DNA of 64,000 bases from positions 117,926,001-117,990,000 of the forward strand of contig CM059432.1 of the NCBI GenBank assembly GCA_030390025.1, written 5' to 3'. Position numbers and translations under genes: made by a program. Shown here one piece after another: positions 13,655 through 25,957 of the stretch; within the stretch, counting starts at the first letter, position 1; each line of letters opens with the position of its first letter. The DNA is from Squalus acanthias. Lineage: Eukaryota. The notes under the pieces were generated by a model that ran no database searches, was not told where the DNA came from, and saw only the letters and a list, made by a program, of their open reading frames with translations.

Positions 13655-14933
13655 CCTCTCAGAGGCCTTCCTTTACCATCCAAAGCCTTGCAAACGTCTT
13701 GTGTGTGCCTTTGCCTATCCTAGTGATGTCACACAGGGCTACACCAGTGGTTACAGCATGGCTGGTGGAAGGTTGCTGACTTTCAGTGGGGGACACTGTA
13801 GATGGCCTTGCGGAGCTGGTGGCTGGGAGTGTCAAATCGAGTGACGGTGTTTCTTCTTCTTCACTCTCCTCTCCCTCCTCTTGATCAACCACTGGCTGGA
13901 CAGGCTGGATTTCTTGGGTGTGTGAAATGAGGAAGGCACAAGGGTGAAGTTGTGGTTAGGGGAGGGGGGTAAAGCAAGAGGTGCATGCGAGAAGGAGGAT
14001 AACGTATGAGGATACCAGCATTTTGTATCCTTTCAGTCCCGCCGCTGGCCAAGGGCTCAGCCATTCCCCTGCCAAAAATGGCCAGCACTGTCTCCTCCAA
14101 TGGGGTGAGATGAAACTAGAAATGGGAGATGTGCCTCATGTTTGGTACAGATTGTTGGTAGGGGAGTGATTGTGAGGGGGTCGTGCATTGAGCAGTGTGT
14201 GAGGCTAGTGGTGCAGTTGGTAGGAGATGGCTTTTGAAGATGCATTCACTGACCATGACCAGTGGTCTGAGGTCATGAAGCTTCTTTGCGCACTGGAGGC
14301 TGGTCGTGGGGTGCGACGCTGCTGGCAGTGACGGCCTCGGTGATGTGGTCCCACATTCTTCTTTCTGGAAGGCCTCCTGGCCCCTGTGGGTAAAGGACCT
14401 CTCTTGCAGTGTTGACCCTTTTGCACAAAGCTGGAGTGCTGTGTATGAGACCCAGGGCGCCCCTTCTCTGACTTGCTGAGCCATTTGCATTAGCGCTAAA
14501 GAACTTTTGCATTTTTTTTTGGTGCGGAAGGCAATTCTGTTTGAAGAGCTGAAGACTCCCATTTGGGAGTGCCTTTTAATGTTAATTTTTTTCAGAAGGC
14601 AGTTGACCTGTAACAGCTAAAAACTGCCTATTTTTACATGATTTTTATTTTTTTCATGTCAGTTCACCTTTAAGGGGCCAAACTGCAACGACAGCCTTGC
14701 TTTAAGAGAAGGCTTTTCTTGCTGCAATGACACTACGGCCACACTACATTGGGGCCTCCTACCGGGACGAACACCACCAAAACGGCCTTGCATGGTAAGT
14801 TTAGCGCTGGACTAATGTTAATTAGCCACCAGCGGCAATTTACCAGTCCTGCCAATGCCATCAACTTCAGCGGTCGTTAACACCGGCCCAGGGTGGCACC
14901 AGTAGGGTTTTGGCGATGTCGAATTTCTAGGCC
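13655..14933 (-). mobile_element. Second Harbinger-like copy (Myb/SANT-like gene on -)
   Basis: Reverse-complement homologue of 9804-11075/12962-13110 (MAQQVREGAP.., MWDHITEAVTAS.., QCAKKLHDL, LAIFGRGMAEPLASGG); end TCGAATTTCTAGGCC at 14919-14933. Confidence 0.75.
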
Positions 14934-14934
14934 A

Positions 14935-15623
14935 GTGAGTTAGTATGCAGGTGCAGCAAGCAATTAGGAAGGCAAATAGTATGTTGGCCTTTACTGCAAG
15001 GGGGTTGGAGTACAAGAGTGAGGAAGTCTTGCTACAATTGTACAGGGCTTTGGTGAGACAACACCTGGAGTACTGTGCACAGTTTTGGTCTCCTTATCTG
15101 AGGAAGGACATACATGCCTTAGAGGCGGTGCAATTAAGGTTCACTAGATTGATCCCTGGGATGAGAGGGTTGCCCTATGAGGAGAGATTGAGTAGATTGG
15201 GCTTATACTCTCTGGAGTTTCGAAGAATTAGAGGTGATCTCAATGAATTATATAACAGTCTGAGGGGGATTGACAGGGTAGATACTGAGAGATTGTTTCC
15301 CCTGCCTGGAGAGTCTAGAACTAGGGGGCATAGTCTCAGGATAAGGGGTCGGCCATTTAAGACTGAGATGAGGAGGAATTTCTTCATTCAGAGGTTTGTG
15401 AATCTTTGAACTTCTCTGCCCCAAAGCGCTGTGGATGCTGAGTCGTTGAGTGTATTCAAGGCTGAGATAGATATATTTTTGGACTCTAGGGGAATCAAAG
15501 GATATGGGGATCAGGCAGGAAAGTGGAGTTGAGGTTGAAGATCAGCCATGATCTTATTGAATTGCGGAGCAGCCTCGAGGGGCCATATGGCCTACTCCTG
15601 CTCCTAATTCTTATGTTCTTATG
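14935..15623 (+). mobile_element. CR1-type LINE 3' end
   Basis: QVQQAIRKANSMLAF..LYRALVR.HLEYC.QFWSPYLRKDI..; 3' UTR ending cctactcctgctcctaattcttatgttcttatg. Confidence 0.9.
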
Positions 15624-16690
15624 CAATGTCATCACCAAACACATCTTCTCCTCCCCTCCCCATTCAGCATTCTGAAGGGACTGTTTCCTCTGCACCACCC
15701 TAGTCCACTCTTCCATCAATCCCAACACCTGCCCTTTCACCTCCTCCCTTCCCATCATCCAACGCCCCAAACTTTCCTTCTGGGTGAAACAGTGATTTAC
15801 TTGTACTTTTTCCAAATTATTATACTGCATTCGCTGCTCACGATTTGTTCTCCTTTAAACTGGGGAGACCAAACACAGATTGAGTGGTTGCTTTGCTCAA
15901 CACCTCCCTTCAGTCTCCAAGCGTGACCCTGAGCTTCCGATTGCGTGCCACTTTAATTCTCCACCCCACTCCCACTCTGACCTCTCTGTCCTTGACCTTC
16001 GACACTGATCCAATGAATCTCAACGCAAGCTTGAGGAACAGCACCCAGTCTTTCTATTAGGCACTTTTCTGTCTTGAGTTTGACAACTTTAGACCTTAAA
16101 CACTACTCCTGTTTTCTCTGAAAGCAGCCGCTGGTAATGGAGGATAGCTGCACCAGAGCCACTGAGAGCGGAGGAGGTGTGGGCTGGTGCTTGGGGTGGT
16201 CCGCACCCCTGGGGTCTACCAACCTTTTTGCACCACAGTACTGGGCCATGGGAGCCTTCTCTTATTTGCCAGATTCTCCAAGCTTCCCTTCCCCTTGCTA
16301 TTTTGCTGTAACCATTTACACCTCCTCTGGTCCCATCTTATGTTTCTTTACTTGTCTCATTATCACCCCCTTTTCTTTTATTCGTTCATGAGATGTGGGC
16401 ATCGCTGGCAAGGCCAGCATTTATTGCCCATCCCTAGTTGCCCTTGAGAAGGTGGTGGTGCCTTGCACCATCTTCCCTTTTAGCAATTAATCACTCCTGC
16501 CCACCACCCTATTGCAGACATTCCCGATTGTTCTTTCCTGTCCTCACTTTTCCCTGGCTCTGTACTTGCTTAAAAGCTATTAATCTCTAACACCTTCTAG
16601 TTGTGATGAAAGGTCATCGATTTGAAACATTAACTCTGTTTCTCCCTCCGCAGATACCTGCTGAGTATTTCCAACATCTTCTGTTTTTAT
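15624..16690 (+). mobile_element. Decayed Penelope-like element 3' part (GIY-YIG region plus pLTR)
   Basis: 15795-15980 translates in pieces as FTCT..LLYCIRCSR..GETKHRL..QHL..LPIACHFNSP.HS, parallel to the GIY-YIG of the 48273-50186 ORF; hammerhead-like motif at 16599-16635. Confidence 0.75.
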
Positions 16691-16699
16691 CACAAAACA

Positions 16700-17170
16700 T
16701 CATAATGGAATTAAGTGGTTGTTATTCAGAAAACATCCACAATGCTTACGTTATGCAGCATTCCACCACCCCCGTATTATTTGAAGACTTAGATTGAATG
16801 GATTACTGCTGGGAGACTCCGGGTATCAACTACAGCCATGGGTGATGACCCCCACTGAGAAACCCTCGAGCTGAACCAGAATGCAAGTACAGTGGGATTT
16901 ATGCCTCAACCTGAATTATTGTACAGCACACCATTGGAATACTAAGGGGAACATTCTTGTTTGGACCACTTAGGTGGGTGGTCTATAGGTAACAAAAGTA
17001 TCCAATATAATCATAATCTGATGCACATTGCATAACTTTTCAATACAAAGAGAAATAAACATACAGCAGGAAAAGGAGGAGGTCCATGTTGCAGCAGGAG
17101 CAGAGGAAAAGGAGAAAGATGAGGAAGAGGAAGTAGAGGAAGCAGAGTTGTAGCCAGATTGATTGGTGCA
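16700..17170 (+). pseudogene. Decayed Harbinger (HARBI1-like DDE) transposase C-terminal fragment
   Basis: Piecewise translation GLLLGDSGYQLQPWVMTP..NP..E.KY..ST..VQHTIGIL..CLDHLGG..KVSNII..TLHNF followed by an acidic tail, the conserved PIF/Harbinger transposase pattern. Confidence 0.75.
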
Positions 17171-17340
17171 GCAAGCACTCATTGATAACTGCTTCCAGTA
17201 ATTCCCAGATCCAGGTCCGGCACAAGTATTGCAGATGAATGAAACATCATATCACAAAATGCTTCCCAGTCCAACATGCTATACATTTCCATCTACTGAA
17301 TCTTAACTGCAACCTACACCATCCAACCATCAAAGTGACA

Positions 17341-18590
17341 GCCTTGTTTCAGTGGTACCATTTTTGTTCTGACTCAGAAATTCAGGGGTTCAAGTCCCAC
17401 TGACACATAATCCAGGCTGACACAAGGGCTGGATTTTGCCAAACCTGGGGAGGCGGGTATGGAGGCGGGACTGCCAGGAAAATGGCAGAATCTGGGGGTG
17501 GGTGCCCATCCCGCCCCCAACCCGTCTCCGTGCTATCTTCCCAGGAGGCAGGTTGCTGACCCGCGCCGGGTCCCGTCTCCTGGAGGCGGGAAGGGGATTA
17601 CAGCCACTTAACTGCCTGTTAACAGGTAGTTAACAGGCAGTAAAAAGGATTACCCCCATTTTGCCAGCAGAGGCACTGGCTTCCCGACGTCGGGAAACCC
17701 CGCCAGGGTCAGCGAGGCGAGCAGTGGGTCTGCGGGGGTTGGAGGGGTGCAAAAGTGCACTGTGGAGGTAAGTGATGGGTGCAAGTGTGGAGAGACAAGT
17801 ATGTGAGGTGAGTGGAAAGTGATAGAAAATGTTTACTTACCTTTGTTTCTTCCTGCAGGCTTCAACAGTTGGGGATGCGGAGAGTCTCGCATCTCACCGG
17901 CAGAGATGACAGATGGCTGCTGCATTCTCCGATGCAACATCCATCTAATTTCTGCTAAAGAAAGAGGTTTGATGAGTCTTGAATACAAGGACTCATCAAA
18001 CAACATAGAATGTCAGTGTTTGACAGCTTCACAGAGCTGTCAAACGATGACAATTTATCTGTCAAAAGTTTTTGACAGATGAAACGTCATACGTTGACGT
18101 TCTCTGTAACCGGCTTCCTCTTAATTGGCCTGCTAAGCCCACTGGGTGGGCTTAACAAGGTCAATCAAGGGAAAATAGCGTGGGTTGGCCACAAGTCGAT
18201 AGAGGCTGGACTGAAACCCGACAAGCAGCAGTCTCGCCTCCAACGCCCATTGGCAAAATCACCCCCTAAAGTGCAGTACTGAGAGAGTCTATCTTTTGGA
18301 TGAGACTTTAAACCAAGGCTCTGTCTGTCTTCGCAGGTGGATGTAAACAATTCCACAGCATTATTTGAAGAGCAGGGTGTTCTCCCGATGTTCGAGTCAA
18401 CATTTATGCCTCATCCAATTACACTAAAAATCAAATTATCGGGTTAGTGATCTCACTGTTTGTGGGACCTTCCTGTACGCAGATTGGCTGCTGTGATTCC
18501 CTATACTTCAACAGTGGCTATACTTCATTAACCGTGAAGCACTTTGCGATGTTCTAAGGCCATAAAGGCACTATATGAATGCAACTAATT
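17341..18590 (+). mobile_element. tRNA-headed Deu-domain-type SINE with L2-like tail, split by a MITE
   Basis: B-box-like GGTTCAAGTCCC near 17387; body tgtttgtgggacctt..attggctgctg; tail gaagcactttg..aaggcactatatgaatgcaa; interrupted at 17426-18266. Confidence 0.65.
17426..18266. mobile_element. Harbinger-like MITE
   Basis: Ends GGGCTGGATTTTGCC and GGCAAAATCACCCCC; flanks CAA / TAA (near TAA TSD); TIR of the same type as 7622-9377. Confidence 0.7.
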
Positions 18591-19253
18591 TCTTTCTTTC
18601 TATCAGCTGATATCTTGACATGCCCTTTTCAACAAAAAAGCTGTCCACACAAAGAACAACATTCTCCAAATGTATTATGTGATGTTTACATATGGCTACC
18701 AATATGTTTCCACTTGGGGACCCCAAAAGGTATGAATCTCCGACCTCGTGCTATATCCGTTAAGCACTCCCTGAGAGAAGGAGCAAGTGTTGACACAGCT
18801 TGCTGTTGTTCAGGGTGGACCTCAAGGATGTGAGTGATATTATACCTGGTGCGGGGGCATGAGATGGTTTGAAACAGCTTTAACCACAACCAAGAAGGCA
18901 ATGGCTGCCAAAACCTACACACTAACTGGTGCATCTTGAATCCTTGAGCGGAGAGCCTGAGTTGGACAGATGTAAGCTCACCCTGAAAGGAAGCTGCCTC
19001 CTCTGTTCCTTCTCCTGCCGTGATCCAGGTGTTGGATACTTCTGCAGGATGACCAGCATTCTGCGTTACAGAAGACCAAAAGGTTTCACTGATGAGTCTA
19101 AAGCTTCTGCCTGTTAAATCTAGCAACAACATAAGTTAGAGCCCAAGGTTCCATAGCCCCTGTCACAGCATTCATGACAGAAACTGTGCCTGGAATTGGT
19201 TCTTCTGTCCTCTGGGGCTCCACTGCATTGGCCCCGAACATGCCATGGTGTTC

Positions 19254-21445
19254 ATAGGAACATAGGAACAGGAGTAGGCCATTGAGACCCCTCGAGCCTG
19301 CTCTGCCATTCAGTGAGATCATGGCTGATCTGCGACCTAACTCTATAAACCCGCCTTTGCCCCATATCCCTTAATACCTTTGGTTAACAAAAAGCTATCA
19401 ATCTCCGATTTAAAATTAACAATTGATCTAGGATCAATTGTCGTTTGTGGAAGAGAGTTCCAAACTTCTACCACCCTTTGTGTAGAAGTGTTTCCTAATT
19501 TCACTCCTGAAAGATCTGGCTCTAATTTTTAGACTATGTCCTCCAGTCCTAGAGTCCCCAACTAGCGGAAATAGTTTCTCTCGATCTACCCTATCTGCTC
19601 CCCTTAATATCCTGAAAACTTCGATCAGATCACCCCTTAACTTTCTAAATCCTAGGGAATACAACCCTAATTTGTGTAATCTCTCCTCGTAACTTAACCC
19701 TTGAAGTCCGGATATCATTCTGGTAAACCTACTGTAAAGTTTCCAAAATTTGCAGATCCCCAAAACCTAAGGAAAAAGGACTTTGGAACTACCTCAGAGT
19801 GATAATATTGCATTTGGGCCTAACCTAAGAGACTGTAAGACCAAAAACCAAGTTTTGGCATTTTAAAACTATGTCTGGGCCTGTAAAGGAACAAGAGGTG
19901 GGTTCAACCTCTGTAAAAGCAGTTTGGGTAATGCAGTTAATTGCACTGTCTGGGGAACCGGGATGACCTCACTCAAAGCCCCAGCAAGCATTAACATTTT
20001 GACAATAGACCCTGGGAGAAGACAGTCCCACCCAAAACAACAGGTCCCATCAAACCGATTACAGGGCCCATCAGAAAACATGCATAATACAAATCACTCA
20101 GGTCTAGGCTATAGAAAAGACTGAGTCCAGCCTAGAAACACAAAACATGAAACCAATCACCAGTGATCAGCCAAGGAGATCGACAGGATGCAAACCATCC
20201 CAAAACCCATTTGACACTTACAGAGCAGTTACTGGTAACAGGCCCGCCAAAATTCAGACAATGAACTGAGCAGATTTGGCGGGTAGATAAGGCCATGTTC
20301 AATGGGTAAGATTGAAGGCCTGTTAAAAACCCAGTTAACGTGCTAGTAAGTCGTTACTGATTTACGAGCCCGCCAAAAACCAGACAATGAACTGAGTAGA
20401 TTTGGCGGGTAGATAAGGCCACTTCAATTTCGTATAATTGAAGGCCCACCAAGCACACAACACAGTTCAAAGTCATTGGGTCGAGCAGTCAGTCACAACT
20501 GGTGGTCATCAGAAGGAGAAGAGACCAAGAAGAAGAAGGTCCGAGCTGGAAGCGAGTCGGCATCGCTCATCACTCAGACACACCTGAGTCCAGCTCGTGA
20601 AGACACCACCTCGACGGACCTCCAACAACGGCCCCAACACAGTCACCCGGAGCAACAAGCAGCAACAAGTCACTGATGGCTCCACGAGATCGACCGACAC
20701 GTTAAACAAGGCCTAAAGCCATCGCGGAAACCAAAGGCCTCACGAAACCAACAACCGCGCATTACCCCCAACTGACCGGGTAATAGCAGGCCACCGCGAC
20801 CAACAAAGACCAACTCCAGGGAAGAAAACCCAAAGAATCGCAAAGTTTCCACACTACAAACTACTCCTGACTTACCCCTGGGTAAGATTTTCCCCAAAGA
20901 CTCTAAGCCCTACTGCTAAACTAAAGAAATTGGATACTCACCAGATACATCCAAAACGACATCCTACCGCATCAGCAGACTCGCGAAGACTGACCAGAGA
21001 CCCAGGTGAAGTCCTCTACCGCGTACGGGGTATGGCAGACACTAACCATCATAAACAGCGAACCCCAAAACCGTGATTTAGCCCAACTGTCAAAGGATTG
21101 GTGAGCATTATCCCTGGTCCTTCAAAACCTAACTTAGCTAGTAAAGTGGGGTTGGGAGGGGTGAAGTATTGTTCTACTGTCATTTCCCTCACTTGTACCG
21201 AAGTGTTCCCCACCTTTAGAGTGATAAGAGTGTTATTATTTGTGTTTTACATTTTAATAAAGATTGAAGTTCTTTCATTAAACTCAGTTGTCTGCTGCAC
21301 CTTTGTATCACAACCCCCAAATAATTCTAAGGTCTAGAACCAAGGGTGTGGGAGCAATTCGAACCACTCAGAAGTCAGAGGTAAAGCTGACACAAACCAC
21401 CACCCCCTACACTACGCTGCACTCCCTCCAAGGCCAATATATCCT
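19254..21445 (-). mobile_element. CR1-type LINE 3' end interrupted by a solo LTR
   Basis: RFTRMISGLQGLSYEERL.. (19434-19732) continues after the LTR as ctacgctgcactccctccaaggcc (LEGVQRR) at 21412-21445. Confidence 0.85.
19733..21411 (+). mobile_element. Solo LTR, 1679 bp, related to the provirus LTR clan
   Basis: Starts TGTAA, ends CCCCTACA; exact 4-bp TSD CTAC (19729-19732 / 21412-21415); AATAAA near 21255; shares U5 motif GAACC..GGG..TCGAACCACTC with 35413-37095. Confidence 0.9.
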
Positions 21446-21449
21446 TTCA

Positions 21450-22000
21450 AAACATTCAAAAATCTATCACTCTCTGTCTTGAATATACTCAACGACTGAA
21501 TATCCACAGCCCTCTGGGGTAGAGAATTCCAAAAATTCACCACCCTCTGAGAGAAGAAATTTCTCCTCATCTCAGTCCTAAATGGCCGACCCCTTAATCT
21601 GAGACTGTGACCCCTGGTTTTAGACTCCCCAGCCAGGGGAAACATCCTCCCTGCATCTACCCTGTCAAGCCCTGTAAGAATTTTGTATGTTTCAATGTGA
21701 TCACCTCTCATTCCTCTAAACTCTAGAGAATATAGGCCTAGTCTATTCAATCTCTCCTCGTAGGACAATCCCTCCATCCCAGGAACCAGTCTGGTGAACT
21801 CCCTCTATGGCAAGTGTATCCTTCCTTAGGTAAGGAGACCAAAACTGTACACAATACTCTAGGTGTGGTCTCACCAGGGCCCTATATAACTGCAGTAAGA
21901 CGTCTTTACTCTTATACTCAAATCCTCTTGTAATAAAGGCCAACATACCATTTGCTTTCCTAATTGCTTGCTGTACCTGCATGTTAACTTTCAGTGATTC
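21450..22000 (-). mobile_element. CR1-type LINE C-terminal fragment
   Basis: ORFs 21743-22015 and 21412-21777: KANGMLAF..LVRPHLEYCVQFWSP, LSYEERLNRLGLYSLE. Confidence 0.85.
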
Positions 22001-22949
22001 AGTGATAAATAACATCCATAGACATTCCCTTGTCCACTACTTTACTCACCTCTTCAAAAATTCATTCAGGTTTGTCAGGCATGACCTACCTTTCACAAAT
22101 CCATGTTGGCTCTCTATGATTAACTGAAAATTTTCAAGGTGTTCAGTCACCCTATCCTTATTTATAGACTCTAGCAATTTCCTGACAACAGATGTTAGGC
22201 TAACTAATCTATAATTCCTTGGTTTCCCTCTCTCACCATTCTTAAAAAGCAGAGTGACATGTGCAATTTTCCAGTCTAAAGGGATGGTTCCTGAATTTAG
22301 AGAACTTTGTAAGATTATAGTTAGAGCATCTGCAATGTGCTCACCTACTTCCTTTAAACCCTGGGATGGAAACCATCTGGCCCTGGGGATTTGTCACTCT
22401 TTAGTGCCATTATTTTCTTCATTACTGTTATTTTACCTATGTTAATTTTATTGAGTCCCTGTCCCTGATTCAATATTAGTTTCATTGGGATTTCTGGCAT
22501 GCTGTAAATACTGACGCAAAATAATTATTCAACATGTCTGCCATTTCCCCATTGTTATTGACAATATCACCACTTTCAGTTTTTAATGGGCCAACATTGC
22601 TCCTGACAACCCTCTTTTTCCTAATGTAACTGCAAAAATTCTTCGTATTGATTTTGATATCCCTTGCAAGTTTCTTTTCATACTCCCTTTTTGTAGCTTT
22701 TACTATCTGTTTTGTGATCCTTTACTGTTCTTTAAATCTTTCTCATTCACCAGGATCTGTGCTATTTTTTGTATTTTTGAATTCCCTTTCCTTTAGTTTT
22801 ATGCTGTCCCTTTAGTTGTCCGTGGCTGTTTTTTTTGGCAAGTAGAGCTCTTGCCCCTCAGGGGTATAAAATCGTTCTGTATCACGTTAAATTCTTTTTT
22901 AAACATGTCCCACTGATCTTCTGTCGTTTTACCCATTAACAGATTATTT

Positions 22950-25740
22950 AGGATTACATACGATATATGGCACAGAAACAGGCCATTCGGCCCAACCAGT
23001 CCATGCCGGCGTTTATGCTCCACTCGAGCCTCCTCCTGTCTTTCCTCATCTAACTCTATCAGCATAACACTCTATTCCCTTCTCCCTCATATGCTTGTCT
23101 AGCCTTCCCTTAAATGCATCTATACTATTTGCTTCAACCACTCCCTGTAGTAGCGAGTTCCACATTCTCACCACTCTCTGGGTAAAGAAGTTTCTTCTGA
23201 ATTCCCTATTGGATTTCTTGGTGACTATCTTATATTGATGGCCACTAGTTATGCTCCTCCCCACAAGTGGAAACATTCTCTCTGTATCTATTCTATCAAA
23301 ACATTTTATAATTTTAAAGACCTCAATAAGGTCACCCCTCAGCCTTCTTTTTTCAAGCGAAAAGAGACCCAGCCTGTTCATCCTTTCCTGATAGGTATAC
23401 CATTGCATTTCTGGTATCATCCTTGTAAATCTTCTCTGCACCCTCTCCAGTGCCTCTATATCCTTCTTATAATATGGTGACCAGAATTGTATGCAGTACT
23501 CCAAGTGTGGTCTAACCAAGGTTTGATACACGTTTAGCATAACTTCCCTACTTTTCAGTTCTATCCCTCTAAAAATAAACCCTAGTGCCTTGTTTGCTTT
23601 TGTATGGCCTTGTTAACCTGTGTTGCTATTTTTAGTGATTTGTGTATTTGTACTCCGAGATACCTTTGCTCCTCTACCCTACCCAGACTCGCACCCTCCA
23701 AGTAATAAGTAACCTCCCTATTCTTCCTACCAAAATATAATACCTCACATTTATCTGTGTTGAAATTCATTTGCCAATTATATGTCCATTCTGCAAGTTT
23801 ATTAATGTCCTCCTGTAATTTGTTGCAGTCCTCCTCAGTATTAACTATACCCCCAATTTGGTGTCATCCGCAAATTTAGAAATTGTGTTTTTGATTCCAA
23901 AGTTTAAATTGTTAATATAAATTGTGAACAACAGTGGTCCCAGCACTGATCCTTGTGGAACATCACTACCCACCTTCTGCCACTGTAAATAGCTTCACTT
24001 TACCTCTACTCTCTGCTTTCTGTCTTGAAGCCAGCTAACTATCCATTCTGCTATTTGTCCCCTGACTCCGCACTCTCTGACCTTATTCATTTATCTATTA
24101 TGTGGTACTTTATCGAAGGCCTTTTGAAAATCCAGATAAATGACATCTACTGCATTACCTTTATCTACTCTCGCTGTTACATCTTCAAAAAAATCAATGA
24201 GGTTGGTCAAGGAAGACTTTTCCTTTTGAAATCCATGCTGACTATTCATTATTATATTTTTGGTTTCTAGATGTTCTTCTATTTTCTCCTTTAGTAGGGA
24301 TTCCATTATTTTTCCTACCACCGATGTTAAGCTGACTGGTCTGTAATTCCCTGGCTATGTTCTATCTCCCCTCTTAAATATAGGTATTATGTTAGCTATC
24401 TGCCAGTCCTCTGGTACTACACCTTTTTCTAATGAATTATTAAATATATAGTAATGCCTCTGCTATCTCTTCCCTAAATTCTTTTAAAATGCGTGGATGT
24501 AATCCATCCGGACCAGGGTTATTTTCCTCTTTGAGTTTGATTAGTTTATTTAATATATCTCCTCTTTTTATTTTAAATGCAGTTATTTCATTACTAATCT
24601 CATGATCCAATGTCATGTCTACCTGTTCTATCTCCCTGGTAAATACTGAGGCAAAGTATTTATTTAATATTTCTGCCATCTCTCCATCACTACCTGTGGT
24701 ATTATCCTGTGCATCCCTTAGTGGCCCTATTCCCATCCTGACCTTCCTTTTTTTATTGATGTGCCTGTAAAATATTTTACTATTTTGTTTTATGTTCCTT
24801 GATAATTTAATTTCATAGTTCCTCTTTGCCTTCCTAATTGTTTTTTTTTTACTTCTTTCCTAATCTCTTTGTATTTTCCTTTATCATGCTCTCCCCTGCT
24901 GTTCATGTACTTAATGTATGCCTCTTTCCTTAGCCTCAATTTTTTCCCTTATGGCTTTATTCATCCATGGTGTCTCATTGGTGTTTAGCTTGTTCTTGTT
25001 TTTTTCAGCGGAATATATTTTTCCTTGACTCAGTTGAACACTGTTTGAAATGTTTCCTATTGCTGTTCTACATAATTGTTTGCCAATATTGTTGTCCATT
25101 TTATTTTCCTAAGTTCTATTCTCAGCCCCTCAAAATCAGCTTTTCTCCAATCTATTAACCATATCTTCATCTTTCTCAATTATTATTTTATAGCGTATTA
25201 TATTATGGTCACTATTACCTAGATGTTCCCCTACTTTTACTTCTCTTATCTGCTCTGGTTCATTCCCCATTACTAGATCCAATAGCAAATCCTCCCTTGT
25301 TGGGCTTTTTACATATTGGGTAAGAAAGGAGTCCTGTACACATTGTAGGAACTCCATTCCCTATCCCCTTTACCTACCTCTTCTGTCCAATTAATATTGA
25401 GGTACTTGAAATCCACCATGATTATTATTTTATGTTTTTTACTCACTTCCATAATTAGTTTGCATATTTCTTCCTCCACCTCCCTTCCACTATTAGGTGG
25501 CCTGTAGACTATTAGTGTGATTGTTCCTTTATTATCTTTTATCTCTATCCACATGGATTCTATTTCTGTCTTGCTGATATCTACGTCCCTTTTTTCTACT
25601 GCCATTATGTTATCCCTAATAAGTACAGCTACTCCACCTCCCCTTTTTCTCTCTCTGTCTTTTCTAAATATGTTATACCCTGCAATGTTTAATTCCCAGT
25701 CCTGACCTTTCAGTAGCCATGTCTCAGTAATCCCTACTAT
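22950..25740 (-). mobile_element. CR1-type LINE, nearly complete decayed ORF2 plus 3' UTR
   Basis: DIVGITETWL..GGGVAVLI (EN), [38 protein letters not shown]; several stops and frameshifts. Confidence 0.9.
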
Positions 25741-25957
25741 GTCTGTGGACAGTCTCTGCCTCATCCCATTGAAGTCGGCCTTACCTAAATCTAGAATCTT
25801 AGTAGCTGTTTCGCGTTTCTCTCTTTCAAATGCTACGTTATACTCAATCATGTTATGATCGCTATTGGATAAATGTTCACGCACAGTTAGGCTGTTAACT
25901 AAATCTGGCTCATTACTCATTCCTAAATCTAATATGGTATGCCCCCTTGTTGCCTCT

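Noticed and set aside
18686..19322. 148-aa minus-strand ORF and neighbours
   Set aside because: No domain recognised; position convergent with the 16700 transposase remnant suggests decayed Harbinger sequence.
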